Shown here: in pieces, positions 1 to 11,400 of the stretch | Position numbering within the stretch: position 1 is the first letter of the stretch | Layout: every line of letters begins with the position of its first letter | Source of the DNA: Macrostomum lignano | Lineage: Eukaryota | NCBI GenBank assembly: GCA_002269645.1 | Contig: NIVC01000114.1 | Coordinates: forward strand, 897,218-961,217 | Direction: 5' to 3' | Length of the DNA stretch: 64,000 nt | Made by a program: the position numbers and the translations under genes | Notes under the pieces: generated by a model | What the model was told of the DNA's origin: nothing | The model's input: only the letters and a program-made list of their open reading frames with translations | Databases searched by the model: none

Positions 1-218
1 TACTTGGGACAGGCTCACCTGCGTCGACCCCAACCCGATTATTTCCGACGTTTTCAGACCCGAGAATTTCTGCCAACTCGTCTGCTACCTGAGGGCTACC
101 GGGCCAGCAAATACCCACCTCCGGGACTCTTTGGAGGGAGACCGCCCTGCAGACACTGGCACCACACGCCTCCCCGCTGCGTTTGGGTGCCCGAATCCCC
201 TGCAGCTGAGTCAAGTCA
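1..218 (+). mobile_element. 3' remnant of a related LOA-type LINE in a gene C intron
   Basis: Translates as ..FRPENFCQLVCYLRATG (compare ORF2 KPENFNQLMRYLRAT). Ends CCCTGCAGCTGAGTCAAGT like the LINE tail. Confidence 0.75.
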
Positions 219-233
219 TCAAGGAGAACTCAC

Positions 234-3200
234 GTGCCGTTGCCATCAATGCACCTGCCGCCATTGAGGCAAGCGCCCGTTGGACAGTCGTTGTGGTTGA
301 AGCTGCAGTTCCTGCCCTCCCAGCCTGTGAAGCAGCTGCAGCTGTAGTTTTTCAGCAGGTCCGTGCACAGGCCGTTGATGCAGGGCTTGCTGGCGCAGTC
401 ATCAATGTTGCTTTGGCACTTGTCACCTGCGAATCCCGTGTCTGTGCAGTCGCAGGTGAATCTGAAAAGAGGATAAAATTCAGCTCTATTGTTACAGAAA
501 TGGTTGGAAATCCGAGTTTTCTATTGGCGGTTCCGGTAATAAATTTTAAGAACTTTTACAAACGAAAATTGTAAAACTCGGAGTAAGGTTTTATAGTTTC
601 GAAATCCTACTTACACCGCAACCCTATATTAGCTGCAGTAGCCACTACAGAAACAAACTTATCATTTGAAACTGGAAAACAACCAGCCCGTAACTTTAGT
701 AAAAAATTGGAGGATGTGCGCATCAAGTCATGGCTGTCTTGTCAGACATCGCTGCCTCCAGGAAAACCCATTTTGTCTATAGGGTGTTGAGAATGCGGAG
801 CACTTCATCTGTGAATGCCCCGCCTTTACTCAGGACAGGCTCTTCTACCTTGGCACAAACCCGGGCCTTTCCGACGGTTTCAGGGCCGAGAATTTCTGCA
901 AGCTCGTCCGCTACTTAAAGGCTACCGGGCTAGACTCGATCCACCCCTTGGACTCTCCAGAGGGGGACCACGGTGCGGTCACCGGCACCACCGGATCTCC
1001 ATGTGTGAAACCGCAGTACCAGCTGCCCGCAGTGGCCAGGGTTAACAAAAGGGACTTCAACGCCTCCCCGCTGCATCCAGACTCCAAGAACCCCTGCAGC
1101 TGAGTCAAGTCAACAAGGAGAACTCACGTGCCGTTGCCATCAATGCACCTGCCGCCATTGAGGCAGGCGCCGGTTGGACAGTCGTTGTGGTTGATGTTGC
1201 AGTTCCTGCCCTCCCAGCCTGTAAAGCAGCTGCAGCTGTAGTCATTCACCAAGTCTGAGCACAGGCCGTTGGCGCAGGGCTTGCTGGCGCAGTCATCAAT
1301 GTTGATCTCGCAGTCGGTGCCTGTGAAGTTAAAAAGGAATTTCAAAAATAGCAAAGAAAATCATCTTGCTTGTTCGCTTTCCTGATTCAGCACAATTTTT
1401 TTAACGAAAAGTCAATTTCAAGCGGAAGTCAAAGCATCAAATGCACAAAACCTCGAATGTTTCTTATCGCCTTCCAGACAGTGCAGAACAGAAACGAAAG
1501 CGGAAAGCTGAGCAATGTCACTCAAAGCAGCCTGAATGTTCCTGGCAACCAGAGCACCATGCGCTAAAAGCATGTCTATCATGCATGTATTACGCGTACT
1601 AAAGATGAATAGCATTGTCTCAAACTGCAGACAAATCAAATATTATATTGGCACTACAGGGGCTAAGGGGGCGCCTAGGAGGTGCCGCTCTTTGATTAGA
1701 TTTGAGTACAATCTGAGTAGGTACGGGCTACAATAGAAAACTCGCACACAAAGCCATCATAACCATAAAGTGAAAAAAAAAAATTCTGAATGGTGACAGA
1801 GCGAGCAGCACCGATTTCTGGCCATGAACAGATATTTCTTGTGCGATGAACGGAAAGAGCAATCGAAACGTGGCGATAGCTGGGCGCCCCTGTCTCTAAG
1901 ATGGGCGCTCCAGTCTCTGAGGTGGGCGCCCCTGTCTCTAAGATGGGCGCTCCAGTCTCTGAGGTGGGCGCCCCTGTCTCTGAGGTGGGCGCCCTGTCTC
2001 TGAGGTGGGCGCCTCTGTCTCTGAGGTGGGCACCCCTGTCTCTGAGGTGGGCGCCCCTTTCTCTGAGGTGGCCGCTCCTGTCTCTGAGGTGGCCGTCCCT
2101 GTCTCTGAGGTGGGCGCCCCTGTCTCTGAGGTGGGCGCCCTGTCTCTGAGGTGGGCGCCCCTGTCTCTGAGGTGGGCGCCCTGTCTCTGAGGTGGGCGCC
2201 CTGTCTCTGAGGTGGGCGCCCTGTCTCTGAGGTGGGCGCCCTGTCTCTGAGGTGGGCGCCCTGTCTCTGAGGTGGGCGCCCTGTCTCTGAGGTGGGCGCC
2301 CCTGTCTCTGGGGTTGGCGCCCCTGTCTCTGAGGTGGGCGCCCTGTCTCTGAGGTGGGCGTCCCTGTCTCTGAGGTGGGCGCCCTGTCTCTGAGGTGGGC
2401 GCCCCTGTCTCTGGGGTTGGCGCCCCTGTCTCTGAGGTGGGCGCCCTGTCTCTGAGGTGGGCGCCCCTTCTTTGAGGTTGGCGCTCATGTCTGTGAGGTT
2501 GGCGCTCCTGTCTCTGAGGTGGGCGCCCCTGTCTCTGAGGTGGGCGCCCCTGTCTCTCGGGTTGGCGCCCTATAGCTACATGAAATTCCGAAGCTGGTGT
2601 TGCCATTTTCAAGAGGTGGCAAAAGTTGAGCCTTTGTCATTTAACGAGATTGTTTAAATCTTTCCTTCAGTTTTTAATGATAAAAATTTTGGTAGGGTGC
2701 AATTTTATCCACCCCGCCTCCATTCGCTATCTCTCTGCAGCCACTGAGTATTTGTAGCAATTCAGTAGTTTGGCTTACATCTTTTTTTGCTATGCATTTT
2801 GTCAAAAAGGTAAACCAACAAAACAAAAAATCAATATTTAACAGTCAAATGGCTTTCTATTATTAATATATTTTCTCAGGCAATTCGCAGGTGCGTCAAT
2901 TTCAACTGGCTTTGCCCCACCTGGTCACCCACCTGTGTAGCCGGGAACGCAGCTGCAGTGATACCAGGGGCTCGCGTCTGAGTTGCTGCAGGTGCCTCCG
3001 TTTTGGCAGGGATTGGAGACTGTAGCGCCACCGTCCGAAGATATAGCACAGAAGTTTATTCTATCAGTGCAATATGTACCAGTGTACGCGTCAGGGCACA
3101 GACACGGAGGAGTGCTTGACGTCACAGCACCCGGCCAGCAAATGCCGCCATTCTTGCAGTCGCCCTCGCTGCAGGCGGCTCGCCTCGTCCGCGCCAATTC

Positions 3201-4698
3201 GTTGGCGTCCTCGTCGAACTCTGCAAAACAATTTTGGCGTTTAAAATTATCAGAATTTATTTGATAGGTCAGATAATTCAGTAAAATCCGGTTTTTAGAA
3301 ACCCAGCAACCAAAGCATGTTGCGCTAAAACTTCACTATCTATCAAGCATATATGTATACTAGAGCTTGATAGCCGCAAGCTTGAAAGAAAATCTGAAGG
3401 ATAACATTGATAGCTGCAGTGGCGAACGCAGGAATTATAATTCGGGGCCCTAAAGGGGCGACAATATTCGGTGTCTTGGATTAAAAAACTGAAATCTCGC
3501 TTGTATAGAAGATTACTCATGACATGATCAGCTGAGCACAATCAAAATTTGAATCGTTGCATCAGCGAGCAATGCGATTTGATTCGAGTAGAATATGAGT
3601 AGATACGAGCTACGATAAAGAACCTGGACACGCAAGCATCCTAATAATGAAATAGAAATTCAAAACTTCCGAATGGTGGCAGAGCCAGCAGCAGCGGATC
3701 CTGAATTGAAACTGATTTCTTCTAAGACTTGTGCGATGAACAGAAGAAGCAATGGAAACGTGACGATAGCGTTTTGGCGCCCCCAAACACTTTGTTAGGC
3801 GCCCCTGTCTCTTGGTGGGCGCTCCGGACTCTTAAGTGGGCGCCCATATAAGAAACCGGAGACAGGACACACTAAAAGATTTTTTATTTTATAAAGCCAA
3901 ATTAATTTGATAGGACATGCAGATTTGCTAATTAAGTCGCTTAAGCTTAATTGCGTCGGCTGCATCAGCTAAAATTGTGATCTAAAAACTATTTTGTATC
4001 TAACAGTTGCGATTCTGAGAAAAACTGAGCAAATTTCATTTACGTTAGATTCATTTGGGGCTTGTGTGCACGGAAGTTGGCCCGGAGATTGTCGTGTGAT
4101 TTACCGCAATGAAGGCCAGCCAACAAGGCACAAAAAGTGTACGAGCTACATGCCTGACGATTACAAATCCAGGGTCACTGTGGACCCAATGCTCAGAAGT
4201 CGGTGGAATTACCGTCAGCGCTTTCTTTGGGACAATGTCGTCAAAGGCGCTGCGCCAGTTTGCCTACAGTCCTAATTCAAATATTTTTGTTCGTATTTTA
4301 TCAAAGCCTGACACATCAGGTGTGTGCGGGCTATGGAATCCATTGGATCCGGACAGACTGTCGCTCCGATGAGCAGCCGAATATATTCTGGAATTGAAAT
4401 GCTATCCAAAGACCAAGAGCTTTTCAGTGTCTAGATTTTAACAAGAACATGGCGTGTTATAGAGTTCACATCTGGGTCCTTCTCATGGGCTCTTAGGGTT
4501 ATTTCGGTACTTTAATTGGCATTCGTATTATAAAAAAGCAAGCTTTACCGAAGAAAACATTAGCAAGCGTAAAAATCACGTCAACTCACCAGCTGACTGT
4601 AAATCCTTTGAAACGGACTTGGAAGAGACCAGAGATGCCAGGTTTAACATCAAGATTATTTCCAAAGTCAGTAGCAGCTGTGCTTTGCATGAAAACAT
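234..4698 (-). CDS. Crumbs-like EGF receptor, copy C (5' part; continues beyond window start)
   Basis: Exons 4698-4590 (signal exon nearly identical to copy B), 3220-2933 (RTRR plus 2 EGF), 1320-1128, 461-234 (FTCDCTDTGFAGDKCQSNIDDC...CIDGNGT). GT-AG sites, in frame. Confidence 0.78.
717..1113 (+). mobile_element. 3' remnant of a related LOA-type LINE (zinc knuckle plus tail) in a gene C intron
   Basis: SHGCLVRH...NAEHFICECPAFTQDRLFYLG...AENFCKLVRYLKATG. Tail CCCTGCAGCTGAGTCAAGTCAA. Confidence 0.8.
1657..2746. mobile_element. MITE-like element (CAGGGGC...GCCACTG) containing an expanded 20-21-bp minisatellite (about 1880-2575)
   Basis: Unique part is similar to 3417-3870 and 15626-15890. Unit GGGCGCCCCTGTCTCTGAGGT. 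Confidence 0.6.
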
Positions 4699-5448
4699 TG
4701 CGGATCAACGGTTATGTTTGATTGTGGTTTCTATTGAAGCTGCAATCAGTCTTGATCGACTTGGAGAAATGTTCTCGAGGCATGAAGTATTAGTGCGATT
4801 TTTTATTTAGGATGCAACAAAGACCCAAGCCTCCAATTTCGAAGTTTTGAACTGATTAGAAAACATGAAGAACTAAAGACAGTGACGGCTTAAAAAATCA
4901 TTAAAACTGTCGTCGTTACTAATTAATAATTTTTTATTTATCGTGCAAATTACGAGCCACTAAAGACATTTGCTTCATTTACAGCAAAATCTACGAAATA
5001 AATGAATTTGTTTTAATGCTTGGATAAATTGTATCGACGCTAAAACAGCGCAAAAATTGATTCACCGATAACGTGGTCATGATTAGCGCCTTACTGATTA
5101 CTGCCAAAAACTGGACAGTACTGGCTAATACTGTATTGTAAAGAACATGAAAGCTGTTCGCGAACTGAGTCTATGGAAAATACTCGTAATCAATTACTCG
5201 TGAGTATTGTGCTCAGAATCTAATGACATGCATTAAAATAAATATCATTTGTTTGTTTTACTCTGAGCGTTTAAAACTACAGAAAGTAGCAGCATTAAAA
5301 TAATCGCAACCAAATGAAAAAATGAAATAAATAACAAATAAATCTAGATTAAACAGATAATACAAGTAAAGTAAGCTACAACTCTAAGCAATGTATGAAT
5401 AAAAATGTTTTCGAAAATTGCGCGAAGTCTCATGAAATGGGATCGTCA

Positions 5449-8400
5449 TCACAAGTGGGTACTTTCAAGTGGCTGACAATTATGAGATGCGACATCGCCA
5501 GGTATGCCAGTTTCATCAGGTACCTAATTATGGTGTGTCATTTTAATTGGGGTACTTGAAATGTATGGCTTGTTGTATAGATAGCTGGCTTCTGTGAAAT
5601 GGTGGCTGGGTTTTGTGAGATGGCTGCTGGCTTTTGTGAGATGGTGGCTGGCTTCTGTGAGATGGTGGCTGGGTTTTGTGAGGTGGTGGCTGGCTTCTGT
5701 GAGATGGTGGCTGGATTTTGTGAGATGGTGGCTGGGTTTTGTGAGATGGTGGCTGGGTTTTGTGAAATGGTGGCTGGGTTTTGTGAGATGGTGGCTGGGT
5801 TTTGTGAGATGGCTGCTGGCTTTTGTGAGATGGTGGCTGGCTTCTGTGAGATGGTGGCTGGGTTTTGTGAGGTGGTGGCTGGCTTCTGTGAGATGGTGGC
5901 TGGATTTTGTGAGATGGTGGCTGGGTTTTGTGAGATGGTGGCTGGGTTTTGTGAAATGGTGGCTGGGTTTTGTGAGATGGTGGCTGGTTTTTGTGAGATG
6001 GTGGCTGGGTTTTGTGAGATGGTGGCTGGGTTTTTTGAAATGGTGGCTGGGTTTTGCAAGATGGTGGCTGGCTTCTGTGAGATGGTGGCTGGGTTTTGTG
6101 AGATGGTGGCTGGGTTCTGTGAGATGGTGGCTGGGTTTTGCAAGATGGTGGCTGGCTTCTGTGAGATGGTGGCTGGGTTTTGTGAGATGGTGGCTGACTT
6201 TTGTGAGATGGTGGCTGACTTTTGTGAGATGGTGGCTGGGTTTTGTGAGATGGTGGCTGACTTTTGTGAGATGGTGGCTGGGTTTTGTGAGATGGTGGCT
6301 GACTTTTGTGAGATGGTGGCTGGGTTTTGTGAGATGGGGGCTGGGTTTTGTGAAATGGTGGCTGGGTTTTGTGAGATGGTGGCTGGTTTTTGTGAGATGG
6401 TGGCTGGGTTTTGTGAGATGGTGGCTGGGTTTTTTGAAATGGTGGCTGGGTTTTGCAAGATGGTGGCTGGCTTCTGTGAGATGGTGGCTGGGTTTTGTGA
6501 GATGGTGGCTGGGTTCTGTGAGATGGTGGCTGGGTTTTGCAAGATGGTGGCTGGCTTCTGTGAGATGGTGGCTGGGTTTTGTGAGATGGTGGCTGGCTTC
6601 TGTGAGATGGTGGCTGGGTTTTGCAAGATGGTGGCTGGCTTCTGTGAGATGGTGGCTGGGTTTTGTGAGATGGTGGCTGACTTTTGTGAGATGGTGGCTG
6701 ACTTTTGTGAGATGGTGGCTGGGTTTTGTGAGATGGTGGCTGACTTTTGTGAGATGGTGGCTGACTTTTGTGAGATGGTGGCTGGGTTTTGTGAGATGGT
6801 GGCTGGGTTTTGTGAGATGGTGGCTGGGTTTTGTGAGATGGTGGCTGGGTTTTGTGAAATGGTGGCTGGGTTTTGTGAGATGATGGATGGGGCTGTGAGA
6901 TGGTGTATGGGTTCTGTGACAAGATGCCTGGGTTCTAGGCTTCCTTGAATAAATGAATAAATAGTATATTTATCCTAATAATATAAATGAGATGTTACAT
7001 TGAAATGTAGAGATTATTACCTGTTCTAATGATTGACCCTCGGGAAGACCGACGCCCTCATCTCTGGCAGTGGAAGGCAGGGCTCGACCAGTATTGGCTC
7101 TCTATAGCGCAACAAAAAATGCTAATTTGTGAAAAAAACATTCTTTAGGTTTTTTACGTTAACATGGTTAGTACAGAATTTTATTTCTTATTTATTTCCT
7201 TCGATCAAATCGGTCAATCGAGCTTTAAATTTGTGGTTTACGTGGTCTAAATAACTTGATCGTTAGAGTTAATCAGTTTAAACATAATTTTAAATGTTTT
7301 TTTGAAATTGTACATACCAGTTTGCCTACACAATTACACCTTTTCACGTTCAATCCTGAACAAAGTCCAGTTCCAAAAAAACTAGCGGAAATTCAATTCA
7401 GACAATTCAGACTGGGGACAATTTTGTCTATGGCTAAACCTCGCTTCCGTAGCAGAATGTTTTGAACTGGGGTTTGTTGCCCCAGTCTGAATTGTCTGAA
7501 TTGAATTTCCGCTAGTTTTTTTAGAACTGGACTTTGTTCAAAATTGAACGTGAAAAGGTGTAGTAAATTTGAGATAATACACTAGAGCTTGAAATATTGT
7601 AGAAAGATAAATAAAAATTCCGTACCTGTCAAAGATGCTCGAGTCAAAGGACTATGGGTACATTTTAACAAAAAAAGACTTGTTCATTGAGAATTTATAA
7701 CACATAGTCGCACTTACTAAGCAAACGTAGCTAGCGTCCTGTCTACCATCAGTCTGCAGTGGATTTTCGTAAGTGTACATCTAAATTCGAAGAATTGATA
7801 TGCCATGTTAGTTATTTACTGCAACCACACATCGTGTGAAGTTATTACACAACTAAAGAAACTTACCGCGCTAGACTCTCTTTGATCAGGGGCAAGGTAG
7901 CCACTGCTAGGACGCAGCTCTACATTTGCGTCTGCCTGGGACACCGGCTGGCTTCCATTGGATTCTCTGTCAGAGGCAGCGCTTTGAGAAGTTGGACGAC
8001 GATTCAGCTTCTTTTTTAAACAAACTGCTAGTAAAGATGCTGGAATGAAGTCATAGATGAATGGGTATGTTATTTGGGGCATGTTGGGGTTCTGTGGGAT
8101 GATGGATGGGTTCCGTGAGATGGTGGATGGGCTCTGTGATATAATAATAATAACTGATTTCACCTGCCCTAATGGACAGATGTGCAACCGACAGCTCAGC
8201 CGCAGCTATTGCGCGGCGCATCTGAAGTATGCTTAGGGCTGTTCAGTCTGTCGACTGTGGTTGGGGGTCGCCACACACCCTCAAATACCCCAGCTAATGC
8301 TGGTACCCATTTTACAGCTGGGTACTCAGGCACATTGTCTCATGAATGTATTTTTAGTAGCCGTAAATAGTGATTTCGAAGCGTTGAATAATGAGCGTAC

Positions 8401-11400
8401 AGCATGGGACAATGCTTATTTTTTACGGCTACGAGCCGGGCCGAAATATTTTGAGGGCATTATCTTCTTCTTATCTTTGAAGACCTCTTTATGATATGTA
8501 TGCCTTTTAGTACTAACTATGTCTATGGGCAAGCCTGCGAGCTGAAGTTGAGCTGGATTAAAAGAGAGACAGTTCGCTAAGTTAGACGCTAACGCGCGAG
8601 AAATACACACGGCGTAAAAGCCAGAGCCTTGAGCTGACTAAACTTCTAAGTTGCTTTACTTAGTGACTACGTGATTTGTGCAAAGACGTAACACTTTAGC
8701 ACTCTAAACGGAGGCAAATACCTTACAAAACTTGATGCCACGCAGTCCTTTCTTCAGCTGGAGCTTGATGAAGATTCTAAGAAATATATGGTACTCAACA
8801 TGCTCAAAGACTATATCAGTGTCGACAGTTGCATTATGGCTTGGCAAGCGGACAAGCTGTGTTCCAAATGGCAATGGACAAGATACTTCAAGGACTAAAT
8901 CGTTTAATTGGCTTCATAGACGATATCATGGTGGTTTGCAAAAACTTCGAAGAGCATTTGAACAACTTAACAACCGTGTAACAACGTTTCCGAGAACGTG
9001 GTGTAAGGCTAAAGAAATCAAAATGTAAATTTATGCTCGAATCCATAACGTTTATTGGATACAGAATGGACAAGAATGGAATCTACCCCACTGAAGATAA
9101 GTGCAGGCCATTCGAGATGCACCTAGACCTCAGAGTATTTCGGAATTAAGAGCTTGGCTTTGTTTAGTCAACTAGTACGGGAAGTTGATTCAGAACCTTT
9201 CTGCATTAATGCATCCATTCTATAAACAATTGCAAAAGGATTGAAAAATAATTTGACTGGTCAAATGATTGCGAGTCTGCTTTTGGAGAAATAAAGAAAC
9301 AGCAAATGTCGAACAAAGTACTGATGTACTATGATTCGACGAAGAAGTTAAATTGGAGTGCGATGCTTCATCATATCGTCTTGGAGCAGTGATCTCACAT
9401 GAAACACCGACAGGCGACAGTCTGATTGCATACGCATCAATGACTCTATCTTCTGCTGAAAAGAACTACGCCCAAATCGATAAAAAGGCTTTGGCTATAA
9501 TTTTTAGTCTAAAAAAGTTTCACGAGTATTTGTTAGGTCACTCATTAACATAAGTGACGGACCACAAGCCTCTCGTACCAATATTTGATTCAAGAAGACC
9601 AATTCCGCCAGTTGCAGCCAGCCGATTGCAAAGATGAGCTATGTTTCTCGGTGCGCACTCGTAAGACATTGAAGTTAGAAACACTGACTGCCACTGCAAT
9701 GCTAATGAGCTATCAAGACTCCCAGAAAACTTCGCCGACACGAAAGAAACTACGACGTAGCTCCAGCTTGATCCAGCAAGTCCTAATCAGTAGGCTTCCT
9801 GTACAGGCTAAGGTCATCGCAGAGGAAACTTTGAAGGATCCAGTACTCAAAAAAGTATTGACTCGATCTAGACAAGAATGACAGGATTCTTCAAAACAAC
9901 GCTGAGCGTCTCAGCTGACGCTGAGTTGAAGCCGCACACGAAAAAGACACGAGTTTGGTATAAAATCTGAGGTGATCCTGCTGGGAATGCGAGTAGTAAT
10001 ACTATATGCTCTACAGCACTTGGTTCTTGAAGAACTTCATGAGGGTCACCCGGGTATGGTCCTCACAAAATCAAGGGCCAGAATGTACTGCTGGTGGCCC
10101 CAGATAGACAAGGATATAGAAGCAGCGTGAGCCACTGCCGGAGGTGTCAATTGCATCGTTCAAATCCACCTAAAGCACCCCTAAGCCCATTCTCGTGGCC
10201 TACTACTCTTTGGACGAGAATTTATGTAGACTTTGTGGAACCATTCAAGTCCTGGATGTTTTTGGGTGACGTTGATGCTACTAGTAAGTTCCCTGCACTC
10301 ATTCACATGAAGAAAGCAACATCTAAGAATAAGATTGGGTCATTGAGAGAAATCTTTGTCCGATTTGGTTTGCTCAAGACCCAAGATCAAAGAAATTGTC
10401 CGAAAATATGGTAAAACAAATAAAAAATGCATTGAAAGCATCGGCAAAGGTGACATGCGAAAACAACTTTCAAATTTCTTATTCCGAGCCAAAAACAACA
10501 CCTCACAGCACAACTGGAAAGACTCCAGCTGAACTTCTTTTTGGTAGAAATCTAGGAAAAAACTGCCATTTCTCTTTCCGGGCGCGGAATCGAAAGTTCT
10601 GTGTGTCCAGAACAAGAAAAATAGTATTATGATGACGCAAAAATAACTGCGTCTGTGGAATTTTCTTTCGGAGAGCGAGTCCAGATAAAATATTTACGAC
10701 GAGGAAAAGCCAGATGGACTATATGGACTATACTGAGACGTACAGCCCATTAACACATACTCTGTTAGAGTCGGTGATCTACTTTGGAAGCGACATGCGA
10801 ATTAGCTTCTGAAGACTAGACAACGACTACAAGCGACCATTGAACCAAAGCTGGAATGGAATGATTTCAAAGTAACTATTTCTTCAGAAACAGAGCAGGA
10901 TGCTTCACATGCTACAGAAAAGTCAAATGCAAGCAGTGGTCAGTCTCCGAAGGAAATTGGATTGAACCAACAACTTGGACGTGGTTACAATCTAAGGAAT
11001 AGAGGATTGCTAAAGATGCCTGTACGATACCAGGCAGGAAAGGGAGAGGTGTAGTATCTATGGAAATACTTATGCGTTGACTTGCTAAGTCAAGCTCGCT
11101 AGTAAAAAATTACACACACACACACACGCACACCCCACTCCTTATTTTGTTACGGCTACAACCAGGCCAAAATATACTGAGGGCATAATCTTCTTCTCTG
11201 TCAACCGATACCTCGCGTCTTTGCGTTCCTTACTTCAACTGTTCTGATTTAGGTCGAGGATCGAACCTCGACCTTCCTGTCGTGAGTCCGACGCTCTAAT
11301 CACTAGGCTACAACCCCCATATGAGTGCTGTGAGACGATGGATCGGGTCTTTGAAATAATAGATGGGATCTGTGACATGGTGAATGATGTGATAATGATG

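Noticed and set aside
1757-2657. Repeat ORFs (GAPTSET / LRDR / LRWAP)
   Set aside because: Minisatellite inside an intronic MITE.
5538-6948. ORFs of 362-459 aa on both strands (QNPATIS, MVAGFCE, WWLGFVR repeats)
   Set aside because: Translations of a stop-free 21-bp intronic minisatellite. Open in several frames with no unique sequence.
7615-7660. Extra micro-exon between tail exons (SFDSSIFD; counterpart about 18865-18890)
   Set aside because: Its phase would break the downstream frame, and the two paralogs do not agree.
8347-8470. 5' LTR of the Gypsy element (about 50-bp similarity to 11141-11195)
   Set aside because: Similarity is too short and weak. No PBS or TSD was found, so no LTR pair is called.
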